Of a DNA stretch of 64,000 bases, positions 55,310-64,000 are shown piece after piece. Origin of the DNA: Clostridia bacterium (GTDB taxonomy: Bacteria > Bacillota > Clostridia > Oscillospirales > CAG-272); NCBI GenBank assembly GCA_017467085.1, contig JAFTSW010000062.1, positions 4,669 to 68,668 of the forward strand. The letters are read 5' to 3'. The notes under the pieces were generated by a model. That model worked only from the letters and a program-made list of their open reading frames with translations, had not been told where the DNA came from and made no database searches. Position numbers and translations under genes: made by a program. Numbering within the stretch: the stretch's first letter is position 1; the number at the start of each line of letters is the position of its first letter.

Positions 55310-55338
55310 ACTGTACCACAAAATTTGCTCCAAGTCAA
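55310..55338 (-). promoter_or_regulatory. Promoter for the cobalamin-riboswitch operon
   Basis: On the minus strand: TTGACT, a 17-nt spacer, then TGgTACAGT. Confidence 0.5.
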
Positions 55339-55363
55339 GACGTAAAAAGAAAAAACCTTTCTA

Positions 55364-55392
55364 TTGACAGAAGGAGAGCGCTATGGTATAAT
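55364..55392 (+). promoter_or_regulatory. Promoter for the MATE transporter gene
   Basis: TTGACA, a 17-nt spacer, then TGgTATAAT. Confidence 0.7.
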
Positions 55393-55432
55393 TTTGCATA
55401 GAAATCCTGTGTGAAAGCTCTTGGAGAACTCT

Positions 55433-56827
55433 ATGAAGCGCGATACCGAAAAAATGTACGCCACGATGAGCCCCTGGCGACTCTTTTTTATCGTGGCTTT
55501 GCCCGGCATGGTCAGTATGTTTGCCATGTCTATATACAGCATCATTGAAGGAATTTTCATCGGACAGCGGCTGGGCGAGAGCGCCTTTGCCGCCATCAAT
55601 ATTGCCATGCCTCTGGTGATGATTAATTTTTCCTTAGCGGACCTTATTGGCGTTGGTGCCTCGGCGCCCATTTCTATCGCCTTGGGACGGCAGGACCGCA
55701 AGGCGGCGAACAATATCTTCTCCTGCTCGGTGATTATGATATTTATCGCCTCGGTAGTGATGGGGTGCGTGATGTTCTTTGCGGCAACGCCCCTTTGTCG
55801 GATGATGGGAGCGGACGCCTCGCTTTTGGATACCTCGGTGCGCTACCTGCGTACCTTTGCCCTTTGCAGTCCCCTGTCTACCATATTCTTTGCGATGGAT
55901 AACTATCTGCGTATCAGCGGCTACGTCAAAACCAGTATGGTGATAAACATCTGCTCCAACCTTGCCACCGTAGGGCTTCTGAGTCTATTTCTGCTGGTTT
56001 TTGAAATGGACGTGGTGGGCTCCGCCCTTGCCACCTCGGTTGCAATGGCGCTTTCCTCCTTCGTGGCAATGATACCCTTTCTGCGCGGCAAAACGCTCTT
56101 GCGCTTTACCAAGCCCGTGTTTCGCCTGGCGATGGTCAAGGAGATTGCCGCCTGCGGCTCTCCCATCTTTCTCAACAATATCGCGGGGCGTGTCACCTCC
56201 ATTTTGATGAACGTGTCCTTAATGGCGCTGGGCGCGGAGGCTTTCGGGCATAACGGTGGCACCACCGCCGTAGCGGTATACGCCGTTCTGATGTATTCCA
56301 GCGACCTCTGCTGGCCCCTGCTTTACGGCATCAGCGACTCTCTTTCTCCTGCCATCGGCTACAACTGGGGCGCTGAAAGCTACGGTAGAGTCAAGCGGCT
56401 TGCCCGTTGCGCCTATATCGGGACGGCGACGGTGGGGCTGGTGTCCACCTCCATTCTCTTTTTCTTTTCGGGAACGGTGGCGTCCCTCTTCGTCAACGGC
56501 ACCGACACGCTTCTCTTGGCGGAGTCTACCCGTGCCATCAAGCTTTTCTGCTTCGCCTACCTCTTCCGTTGGTTTGTCGTCACTACCCAGGGCTTCTTCA
56601 GCGCCATCGAAAAGCCCCCTTTAGCAACCGCTATGTCGGTTTCCACCGCTCTTATTTTCCCCGTTCTGCTGCTTGGTGCCCTTTGGAGCCTGGGGCTTAA
56701 CGGTATCTGGGCGAACTTTGTTGGCGTCAATCTCCTTTCGGCGCTTCTGGGCATTGCGCTCCTCTTCGTGGTTGCCAAGGAAATCAGACGCCGCCGCGCC
56801 GCCAAAGCACGTGCGGAGGAAAATTAA
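55433..56827 (+). CDS. MATE-family efflux transporter
   Basis: ATG at 55433. About 12 TM segments, with the N-terminal pattern LFFIVALPGMVSMFAMSIYSIIEGIFIG typical of MATE pumps. Confidence 0.8.
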   Translation: MKRDTEKMYATMSPWRLFFIVALPGMVSMFAMSIYSIIEGIFIGQRLGESAFAAINIAMPLVMINFSLADLIGVGASAPISIALGRQDRKAANNIFSCSVIMIFIASVVMGCVMFFAATPLCRMMGADASLLDTSVRYLRTFALCSPLSTIFFAMDNYLRISGYVKTSMVINICSNLATVGLLSLFLLVFEMDVVGSALATSVAMALSSFVAMIPFLRGKTLLRFTKPVFRLAMVKEIAACGSPIFLNNIAGRVTSILMNVSLMALGAEAFGHNGGTTAVAVYAVLMYSSDLCWPLLYGISDSLSPAIGYNWGAESYGRVKRLARCAYIGTATVGLVSTSILFFFSGTVASLFVNGTDTLLLAESTRAIKLFCFAYLFRWFVVTTQGFFSAIEKPPLATAMSVSTALIFPVLLLGALWSLGLNGIWANFVGVNLLSALLGIALLFVVAKEIRRRRAAKARAEEN

Positions 56828-56889
56828 AGAAAGCTATCCCTGTTCCTTGCAGACTCTTGAGCAATTTCTATGAGAAAGGAAAACAGAGT

Positions 56890-58173
56890 ATGAAAATCAA
56901 AGTGCGTGCGCTCCCCTACAGCGAGGTTTTGCGTCTGCCGCGGCTGCAGCGCAAAAAGCCCTTGAAGCCCAGCCGCCTTCTTGCCGCCGTTGTGCGCCTG
57001 GTGTCCGGCGGCACGCTGCGGAAAACGCGGTTTTCGTACACCACGGAGCGAATGGAGCTGGTGGGGAAAAAGCCCTGCCTGATTTTGATGAACCATTCCA
57101 GCTTTACGGATATGAAGCTCGCTTTCGGTATCTTTTATCCCAGAAGAATGGGTATTGTCACCTCCGTTGACGCGATGTCGGGCTTTTTGGGCAAGCTGAT
57201 GCGGTGGCTGGGCTGTACGCCGACGCACAAGTACGTGGCGGACATTTCCTTGCTCCACGATATCAAATATATGCTGAAGGAAAACAAAACCAGCGTTCTG
57301 ATGTACCCCGAGGCAGGCTATTCCTTTGACGGACGAACCACCACCCTGCCCAGAGGCCTTGGCGGCTTGATGAAGCGGCTGGGCGTTCCCGTGGTAACGG
57401 TCATCACCAAAGGTGCCTTTCACCGTGACCCCCTCTACAATATGCTGCAAATACGGGATGTGAAGCTCAGCGCCCACGTGAAATGCATCGCCACGGAGGA
57501 GGAGCTGCGGGAAAAATCCGTTGCGGAGCTTGACGCGCTCCTGGACGAGGCGTTTTCCTTTGATAATTTTGCCTGGCAACGGGACGAGAAAATTTCGGTT
57601 GACGAGCCCTTCCGTGCGGACGGCTTGCATAGAATTTTGTACAAGTGCCCCCATTGCGGCGAGGAAAACCAAATGGAGGGCAAGGGCACACAGCTGACCT
57701 GTCACGCCTGCGGCAAGCGCTGGGAAATGGATGAATTCGGGCAGCTCGCCGCCCAAAACGGCGAAACGGAGTATCCGCATATACCCGATTGGTATTCCTG
57801 GCAGAGAGCCTGCGTGCGTGAGGAGCTGGAAAAGGGCACCTACCTTCTGGATACGGAGGTGGATATCGCGGTGCAGGTGAACCTGGACGGCGTTTGCAGC
57901 ATCGGCACGGGACGCCTGGTGCATAATCTGGACGGCTTCCACCTGACGGGTGCGGACGGAGAATTGGACTACAAGCAGTCCGCCGTGTTCTCCCATACCC
58001 TGTACGCCGATTATTATTGGTATGAAATCGGCGACGTTATCGGAATCGGCAATAACGAATTCTCGTATTTCTGCTTCCCCAAAAGCGCCGTTTCTGTCAC
58101 CAAGGCGCGCCTCGCCACCGAGGAGCTGTATAAAATGAAAAAGGCTGCCCTTCGCGCCCATAGCATGGCGTAA
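56890..58173 (+). CDS. Lysophospholipid/glycerol-phosphate acyltransferase-family protein with a C-terminal zinc-ribbon region
   Basis: ATG at 56890. It has the HxxxxD motif (NHSSFTD), PEAGYS, and CPHCG...CHACG. Confidence 0.7.
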   Translation: MKIKVRALPYSEVLRLPRLQRKKPLKPSRLLAAVVRLVSGGTLRKTRFSYTTERMELVGKKPCLILMNHSSFTDMKLAFGIFYPRRMGIVTSVDAMSGFLGKLMRWLGCTPTHKYVADISLLHDIKYMLKENKTSVLMYPEAGYSFDGRTTTLPRGLGGLMKRLGVPVVTVITKGAFHRDPLYNMLQIRDVKLSAHVKCIATEEELREKSVAELDALLDEAFSFDNFAWQRDEKISVDEPFRADGLHRILYKCPHCGEENQMEGKGTQLTCHACGKRWEMDEFGQLAAQNGETEYPHIPDWYSWQRACVREELEKGTYLLDTEVDIAVQVNLDGVCSIGTGRLVHNLDGFHLTGADGELDYKQSAVFSHTLYADYYWYEIGDVIGIGNNEFSYFCFPKSAVSVTKARLATEELYKMKKAALRAHSMA

Positions 58174-58207
58174 CGGGAACGGCTGAATTCAAAAAAGGAG
58201 AATACGT

Positions 58208-59428
58208 ATGAGTAGAGCAAAGCATGTAACAACGCTGATAATGAAGCTGGTATTCCTGGTGCTTGTGTGTGTCGCGACGATGGTGATGTCGGCAATGCAG
58301 ACGCATTCCACCGACGAGATACCGATTGCAAAGGATTTTGATGAGAACAACATCGACGTTCTAACAGAAAACGGTGCCGAAGTCACCTGGGAGGTTGTAG
58401 ACGGCGAGCTGGTGTTTGATATCAAGCAGTCGGGTGATAATTACGATGATATTACGGTATTTTTAACCTTTGAGAACGTAGGATATGATTCCACCTTTAT
58501 TCGCTCTATGCTCGGTGATGATGCCGGAGAACACGAGGAATTTATCTCCGAGATGGAGAACGGCCCTTGGCTTGCCCATTGCAATTTCTCTCTGAAGGGT
58601 GAGAGCTTTTTCACCACGAGCGGAGGAAAATACACCTTTGTTGACGACGGGATGACTGAATACGTACATGGTATTTTGTCCTCCGGCGCAAATACCTCCG
58701 AACAGACGGAGGAGTTTACCGTTGATAAGGAAGACGGGTCTGTTATGGTGTTGCTGATCTTCGGCTCTGAGGAGTCAGGCGCGCTTGAGAACGGCAAGTA
58801 TACGCTCAAGGCGGATCTGAAGCTCGGACACCCCGAGGGAAAGCAGCTTAATCTCAACCTTTTGAAGCAAGCGGGAATCGTGCTTAAGCTTGGCGGACAG
58901 GCGGTGGCAGATGCCGGATGGGGCATCTTCAACGTTACCAGCTGGCTGACGTTCTACGGTGCTATGATCATCCTCGGATGGTTTATTTATCTATGGCGCG
59001 ATCTCAGAACTATGGTAAAGATATTCTTTGCGCTACTGGAGGGCGACGGCACCAGAGTTATTATCAGAACATATATAAACGGTGTTATTGCCGAAGAGCG
59101 TGAGGAGTACGCGAACGGGAGCAATATATTTATCGCGCTGATGCTGACGGTACTGTGCTACGTTGTATTCCTTGTGACCATACCTATTCGTATCCTGATC
59201 CACATAATCCGCGATATCATCTATCTTTTCAAGGAGGATGACGACATTGAGGCGTTCTCGTTCGTTGGCAATATCCTTGGAAGCGTGGGCATCTACGTTC
59301 TGATTGCAGGTGTTGTGGGGCTTATGAGCGCAAGCCTTGTGATGGGCGGAATTTGTACCGCTATCGGCATCGCTGCGTGTATCGCCGCTCGCTTCATATG
59401 CAAGAGACGCGAGGAGGATTACGGCTAA
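58208..59428 (+). CDS. Membrane-anchored protein of unknown function (N-terminal extracytoplasmic domain, C-terminal multi-TM region)
   Basis: 406 aa with RBS AAGGAG and a signal/anchor MKLVFLVLVCVATMVMSA. It is the first gene after a visible drop in GC. Confidence 0.55.
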   Translation: MSRAKHVTTLIMKLVFLVLVCVATMVMSAMQTHSTDEIPIAKDFDENNIDVLTENGAEVTWEVVDGELVFDIKQSGDNYDDITVFLTFENVGYDSTFIRSMLGDDAGEHEEFISEMENGPWLAHCNFSLKGESFFTTSGGKYTFVDDGMTEYVHGILSSGANTSEQTEEFTVDKEDGSVMVLLIFGSEESGALENGKYTLKADLKLGHPEGKQLNLNLLKQAGIVLKLGGQAVADAGWGIFNVTSWLTFYGAMIILGWFIYLWRDLRTMVKIFFALLEGDGTRVIIRTYINGVIAEEREEYANGSNIFIALMLTVLCYVVFLVTIPIRILIHIIRDIIYLFKEDDDIEAFSFVGNILGSVGIYVLIAGVVGLMSASLVMGGICTAIGIAACIAARFICKRREEDYG

Positions 59429-59471
59429 GGCGTAAGGGCTCACTGCTCAACCTACAAGCAATTAAAAAAAC

Positions 59472-59499
59472 AAAAGCAGTCCGAATGGACTGCTTTTTA
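59472..59499 (+). terminator. Rho-independent terminator
   Basis: AAAAGCAGTCC-gaat-GGACTGCTTTTT. Confidence 0.85.
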
Positions 59500-59666
59500 T
59501 TCGTAAGGCATAAAAGTGTTTTGCTGTCTGTTCGCAAGGGTAGCTGTAACGGATTGTTATTTGCTTTTTGCGGTGTTGATGGAAGCAACGAGCATTGCTC
59601 TTAAAGATTTGCACCTGGCTTCACGAATGTTTGCGCCAATAGATGTGCCGCTCCCGCAAAAAGGTG

Positions 59667-59695
59667 TTGACAAAACGCGCAAGACGTGCTATAAT
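59667..59695 (+). promoter_or_regulatory. Promoter for the V-type ATPase operon
   Basis: TTGACA, a 17-nt spacer, then TGcTATAAT. Confidence 0.7.
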
Positions 59696-59773
59696 GCTTG
59701 TAAGCGGCAGGGGCGACGAGAGCAAACAAGGCGCGCGACCTGCATAATACGATGAAAAAAACGAATATTTAAT

Positions 59774-59813
59774 AAAGGAACCAGCTGACTGCAGAGGACG
59801 TTGGTTTCTTTTT
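59774..59813 (+). terminator. Terminator-like hairpin inside the V-ATPase leader (possible attenuator)
   Basis: AAAGGAACCAGC pairs with GTTGGTTTCTTT (two G-U pairs, 14-nt loop) and runs into TTTTT. It lies about 80 nt after the promoter and about 75 nt before the first ATG. Confidence 0.4.
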
Positions 59814-59886
59814 GCTTTCTGGGGCTTTTCCCGTTTTTTATGAATGCGAAGATAACGATACGACAAAATTACGAAGGAGAAAACGC

Positions 59887-60495
59887 ATGGAAATACAACT
59901 GAAGGAGCTTATCGACCAAATTAAAAAGGATGGAGTGGATGCTGCGGAGGCAGAGGCAGAGGCAATCCTTTCCGCCGCAAATGATGAGGCAGAAAAAATT
60001 ATTTCACGCGCCAAGGCAGAAGCGGAAAAAATGGTGCAAGACGCAAAAAGGGAGAATGAGCGCCTGGTAAAAGCAAGCGAGGACGCTATTCGTCAAGCGG
60101 GGCGCAATCTGCTGATTTCGTTTAGAGAAAGCGTAGCGAGAGAGCTTAAGGCTATCGTTAGCGAAAACGTCAATACCGTTTATACGTCAGATGCGCTCAT
60201 AGGATTGCTTGTCAGTGCCGTTGAGAGCTGGGTAAATCATCCCGGCGCGGAGGATCTTGCGGTGATTTTGAACACGCAGGAGCTTAGCAAATTGGAGGAA
60301 GCCCTGCTGGCGGCTCTCAAGGAAAGAATGCTGACGGGAGTCACGCTTAAGGCAAACGACAATTTTGACGGCGGCTTCCGCATTGCCGTCAACAACGGAA
60401 GCGCGTATTACGATTATTCGGCAGAAGCGGTTGTGGATATGCTTTCAAATTATCTCAGCCCGAGGGTTATCGAGCTTTTGAAAGAGGCAAGGTAA
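59887..60495 (+). CDS. ntpE: V-type ATP synthase subunit E
   Basis: ATG at 59887 behind GAAGGAG. 202 aa with an N-terminal Ala/Glu/Lys coiled coil (AEAEAEAILSAANDEAEKIISRAKAEAEKM) typical of subunit E. Confidence 0.75.
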   Translation: MEIQLKELIDQIKKDGVDAAEAEAEAILSAANDEAEKIISRAKAEAEKMVQDAKRENERLVKASEDAIRQAGRNLLISFRESVARELKAIVSENVNTVYTSDALIGLLVSAVESWVNHPGAEDLAVILNTQELSKLEEALLAALKERMLTGVTLKANDNFDGGFRIAVNNGSAYYDYSAEAVVDMLSNYLSPRVIELLKEAR

Positions 60496-60500
60496 TCGCT

Positions 60501-61058
60501 ATGGCTGAATATTATCTGATATCGCAGCTGCCATCCTTGGATGGGCTGAGCGAGTCCGCGCCGCTTCCGATTACAGAAGAGCGATTTGCGGAGCTTTGCG
60601 GTCGCTTTTTGAGTAAAAGGGCGCGGGCAATTATGGAAAAACTCACCCTGTCGCCCTCAAGGACCGTTGAAAAGACGGGCTCTGCCCTGGTTGACGCTTG
60701 GAATGAGGGAGAGCAAAATCTTCGCTTCGCTCTCGGAAAGGCTCGGGCGGAGAAAATGAAAAAAGCGTTTGACACGGAGAGCAGAATTTTTCCTGTGGAA
60801 CACGTGAAGGCGGCAAGCGCGGCAATGGAAACGGAAAATCCGATGGAAGCGGAAAAGCTCTTAAATCTTTACCGCCTGCAAAGATTGGAGGCACTCAGAC
60901 CGACGGATAGCTTTTCGGAGGAATACGTTTTTTATTACGGGCTCAAATTAAAGCTGCTTCTCCGCATAAGGCAGTTTGATACAGCCATAGGAGAAAAGGC
61001 ATACAAGAGCATTTATAACGCCATATTAAATGGCGATAGGTTGGAGGCAATACAATGA
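60501..61058 (+). CDS. DUF2764-family protein (V-ATPase operon accessory, subunit-C position)
   Basis: 185 aa beginning YYLISQLPSL.... It sits between the E and A subunit genes, as in Bacteroidetes-type V-ATPase operons. Confidence 0.55.
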   Translation: MAEYYLISQLPSLDGLSESAPLPITEERFAELCGRFLSKRARAIMEKLTLSPSRTVEKTGSALVDAWNEGEQNLRFALGKARAEKMKKAFDTESRIFPVEHVKAASAAMETENPMEAEKLLNLYRLQRLEALRPTDSFSEEYVFYYGLKLKLLLRIRQFDTAIGEKAYKSIYNAILNGDRLEAIQ

Positions 61059-62824
61059 CCCAAAGCAAAGGAAAGGTAGTAAGCATAAACGGAAATCTGG
61101 TGTCGGTGGAATTCGACGGCAATGTTTCCATGAATGAAATATGCTATGTTTTTGTAGGTGATACCGCCCTGAAAAGCGAGGTTATTCGTATAAAGGGCAA
61201 TGTAGCGCAGGTGCAGGTTTATGAAATGACCGACGGTATTCAATGCGGGGACGCTGTGGAATTTACAGGAGATATGCTCTCGGCAGAGCTCGGCCCCGGG
61301 CTGCTCGGTCAGATATATGACGGACTGCAGAATCCGCTTCCCGTCTTAGCGGAACAGGCAGGCTGGTTTTTGGAGAGAGGTATTTACGCGGACGGACTGA
61401 ATACCGAAAGGAAATGGGCGTTTACGCCGACTGCCCAGGTTGGCGATATTGTTCGAGCGGGTGAATACGTCGGCACGGTTCCGGAGGGCGCCTTTACCCA
61501 TAAAATTTTTATCCCCTTTTATCTGCTCGGAAATTATACGGTAAAATCTATTGCTGATAAGGGGGAATACACCGTAAAAGAGCCCATTGCGGTTATAGTT
61601 GATGAACGGGGACGTGAAATTCCTGTGGCTATGTCGTTCAAGTGGCCTGTTAAGCGTGCGGTAAAATGTTATAGCGAGAGGCTGGCGCCTGTTGAAACGA
61701 TGGAAACCAAGGTGCGACTTATTGATACCTTCTTTCCGGTGGCAAAGGGAGGAACCTATTGCACTCCCGGACCCTTTGGCGCGGGCAAAACCGTGCTGCA
61801 GCATACCACGTCAAAATATGCGGATGTAGATATTGTTATTATTGCCGCTTGCGGTGAGCGCGCGGGTGAGGTTGTTGAGACGCTGACGGAATTTCCCGAG
61901 CTGACGGACCCTAAAACAGGACGCTCCCTTATGGAACGCACCATTATTATATGCAACACCTCCTCTATGCCCGTTGCCTCCCGTGAGGCTTCGGTTTATA
62001 CCGCGGTAACGCTTGCCGAATACTATCGGCAAATGGGGCTTCACGTTCTTATGCTGGCAGATTCAACCTCGCGTTGGGCGCAGGCAATGCGTGAGATGTC
62101 GGGAAGATTGGAGGAAATCCCCGGTGAGGAGGCTTTCCCTGCATACCTTGAGTCGTACATTGCGGCGTTTTACGAAAGAGCGGGTTACGTGCGCTTGCCC
62201 GACGGAGGCTACGGCTCCGTTACGATAGGCGGCACCGTTTCACCCGCGGGCGGTAACTTCGAGGAGCCCGTAACGCAGGCAACCTTGAAGGTTGTCGGCG
62301 CCTTCCACGGTCTTTCGCGTGAGCGCTCGGACGCAAGAAAATATCCTGCTATTGACCCGCTTATTTCCTGGTCGAAGTATAATAGCGTCATTGACAGCGA
62401 CAAGCTGGAATTTTGCAAAGCCATTCTGCGTCAAGGAGATGAGATTGGCTCTATGATGAAGGTTATCGGAGAAGAGGGCACCACCCTTTTGGATTACGTT
62501 ACGTACTTGAAATCCGAAATGCTCGATGCCGTTTATCTGCAACAGAACTCCTTTGATTTGGTTGAGGCGAATTGCGGGAAAACGCGTCAGCGGTACGTGA
62601 CGGATAAATTGGTATGCGTTTTGGGTAGTAGCTATTCGTTACAGAGTAAGGATGACGCGCGTAGCTTCTTTAACCGTATGCGTCAGAAGTTTATTGACTG
62701 GAACTATACTGAGTTTGAGAGCGAGGCGTTTAAGAATGCGGAAGCCGAGATTGATGCGCTGTATCGGGAGAGGGAAGGAAAGCTATCCCCATCCGCGGCG
62801 GCTTTGTTAAAGGACGGTAACTGA
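61055..62824 (+). CDS. ntpA: V-type ATP synthase catalytic subunit A
   Basis: 589 aa with Walker [10 protein letters not shown] and conserved [16 protein letters not shown] and [10 protein letters not shown] motifs. Confidence 0.9.
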   Translation: MTQSKGKVVSINGNLVSVEFDGNVSMNEICYVFVGDTALKSEVIRIKGNVAQVQVYEMTDGIQCGDAVEFTGDMLSAELGPGLLGQIYDGLQNPLPVLAEQAGWFLERGIYADGLNTERKWAFTPTAQVGDIVRAGEYVGTVPEGAFTHKIFIPFYLLGNYTVKSIADKGEYTVKEPIAVIVDERGREIPVAMSFKWPVKRAVKCYSERLAPVETMETKVRLIDTFFPVAKGGTYCTPGPFGAGKTVLQHTTSKYADVDIVIIAACGERAGEVVETLTEFPELTDPKTGRSLMERTIIICNTSSMPVASREASVYTAVTLAEYYRQMGLHVLMLADSTSRWAQAMREMSGRLEEIPGEEAFPAYLESYIAAFYERAGYVRLPDGGYGSVTIGGTVSPAGGNFEEPVTQATLKVVGAFHGLSRERSDARKYPAIDPLISWSKYNSVIDSDKLEFCKAILRQGDEIGSMMKVIGEEGTTLLDYVTYLKSEMLDAVYLQQNSFDLVEANCGKTRQRYVTDKLVCVLGSSYSLQSKDDARSFFNRMRQKFIDWNYTEFESEAFKNAEAEIDALYREREGKLSPSAAALLKDGN

Positions 62825-62826
62825 GG

Positions 62827-64000
62827 ATGAATAAAGTATATAATCGAATAGAATCCATTAACGGTAACGTTATAACCGTCCGCGCAAACGGTGTTAAGTA
62901 TAAGGAGCTGGCACAAATCAATACGCGCTTTGGCAAATCGTTGGCGCAGGTAAATAAAATTGACGGGGACATTGTGTCCTTGCAGGTTTTTGCCGGCGGT
63001 CAAGGCGTTTCTACGGGCGATGAGGTACGCTTTCTCGGGCGCGAAATGCGTGTATCCTTCAGCGAGGATTTGTTGGGACGAATATTTAACGGCTCGGGTG
63101 AGCCGAGAGATAAGGGCCCCGCGCTTACGGAAAATATGAAGCCTATTGGCGGACCCTCCGTTAATCCTACCAAGCGTATTCTTGCCAATCGAATGATGAG
63201 AACCAACATCCCTATGATTGATATGTTCAATACGCTGGTTGTTTCCCAAAAATTGCCGATTTTTTCGATTTCGGGAGAGCCGTACAACCAGCTTCTTGCC
63301 CGTATCGCGATGCAAGCGGAGGCAGACGTAATCGTTCTTGGCGGTATGGGGCTTAAATATGACGACTTCCTGTATTTCAAGGATGCGCTTTCCAAGGGCG
63401 GGGCTTTGAGCAAAACCGTTATGTTTATTCATACCGCCTCCGATCCTACCGTTGAGTGTATGATGATTCCCGATATGGTGCTGGCGGTTGCGGAACAATT
63501 TGCGCTTCAGAATAAGGACGTATTGGTGCTTCTTACCGATATGACGAACTTTGCCGACGCGATGAAGGAAATTGCCATTACGCAGGAGCAGGTGCCGTCT
63601 AACCGCGGGTATCCCGGCGATTTGTATTCTCAGCTTGCCTCCCGTTATGAAAAGGCGGTTGACTTTGCCGATTCGGGCTCCGTTACCGTTTTGGCGGTTA
63701 CCACTATGCCGGGGGATGATGTGACACATCCCGTGCCCGATAATACGGGATATATCACCGAAGGGCAGTATTACCTTAAGGGAGGACGCATAGAGCCCTT
63801 TGGCTCTCTTTCCCGACTCAAGCAGAACGTAAACGGCAAAACCCGAAAGGACCACCGCGCGCTGATGGACGGTATGATTCGTCTGTATTCGTCTTACAAG
63901 GAAACGCTTGAAAAGAGGAATATGGGCTTCTCTATGAGCCGTTGGGATGAAAAATTGCTGAAATACGGTGACCTTTTTGAGAGTCGGATGATGTCCCTCT
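62827..64000 (+). CDS. ntpB: V-type ATP synthase subunit B; the 3' end lies outside the window
   Basis: ATG at 62827. My own translation contains ...[14 protein letters not shown]..., [14 protein letters not shown]..., [15 protein letters not shown] and [21 protein letters not shown]. It is not in the ORF track because no stop occurs before the window end. Confidence 0.85.
   Translation, partial: MNKVYNRIESINGNVITVRANGVKYKELAQINTRFGKSLAQVNKIDGDIVSLQVFAGGQGVSTGDEVRFLGREMRVSFSEDLLGRIFNGSGEPRDKGPALTENMKPIGGPSVNPTKRILANRMMRTNIPMIDMFNTLVVSQKLPIFSISGEPYNQLLARIAMQAEADVIVLGGMGLKYDDFLYFKDALSKGGALSKTVMFIHTASDPTVECMMIPDMVLAVAEQFALQNKDVLVLLTDMTNFADAMKEIAITQEQVPSNRGYPGDLYSQLASRYEKAVDFADSGSVTVLAVTTMPGDDVTHPVPDNTGYITEGQYYLKGGRIEPFGSLSRLKQNVNGKTRKDHRALMDGMIRLYSSYKETLEKRNMGFSMSRWDEKLLKYGDLFESRMMSL

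Noticed and set aside
56824-58161. Long antisense ORFs opposite the acyltransferase gene (56824-58161). The same applies opposite V-ATPase B (62704-63855), msmX (46916-48133), the ABC transporter (5016-5981), the capsid gene (22569-23498), the flavodiiron gene (43746-44738) and galT (7404-8327).
   Set aside because: Each lies fully inside a sense gene with strong family motifs. They have no RBS context, and their translations are compositionally biased with no motifs. I treat them as shadow ORFs.

Overview
High-GC Firmicutes/Clostridia-type chromosome segment. The taxonomic guess (Oscillospiraceae/Ruminococcaceae-like) rests only on gene content and a THF riboswitch that closely resembles the Eubacterium siraeum one, so it is low confidence. 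Most of the window is housekeeping: metH 3' end, nfnAB-like oxidoreductase, an ABC exporter, galT, nrdG-nrdD-trxB, pgsA-rimO, a galactofuranose-type polysaccharide locus, a multidomain flavodiiron protein, msmX-like ATPase, tex, rsuA, folT behind a THF riboswitch, a cobalamin-riboswitch-controlled uptake pair, a MATE pump, an acyltransferase, and the start of a V-type ATPase operon.

The stand-out region is 13.8-28.9 kb. It is a tightly packed, unidirectional (minus-strand) set of about 18 phage-derived genes: small and large terminase, portal, scaffold-like protein, major-capsid-like protein, adaptor-like protein, a 976-aa LRR-bearing tail-like protein, fibre-like proteins, an XkdX-like peptide and membrane proteins. 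I could not recognise an integrase, repressor, replication gene, tail tube, tape measure, endolysin, tRNA or direct-repeat att sites. It sits between trxB and a DUF554 gene, and its composition looks host-like by eye. I read it as a domesticated podovirus-like particle or gene-transfer-agent-like cluster; a decayed prophage remnant is the alternative.

Other observations worth a second look:
- NrdD carries a C-terminal CPNC redoxin domain and sits next to trxB.
- A single in-frame TAG interrupts the flavodiiron gene.
- A PqqD-like RRE is paired with an HPr-kinase-like P-loop protein, with no RiPP enzymes nearby.
- GC drops from about 58.2 kb onward, over a Bacteroidetes-style V-ATPase operon whose leader has a terminator-like hairpin.

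I recognised no rRNA, tRNA, CRISPR array, IS element or transposase. All protein calls come from motif recognition by eye, not from database searches.
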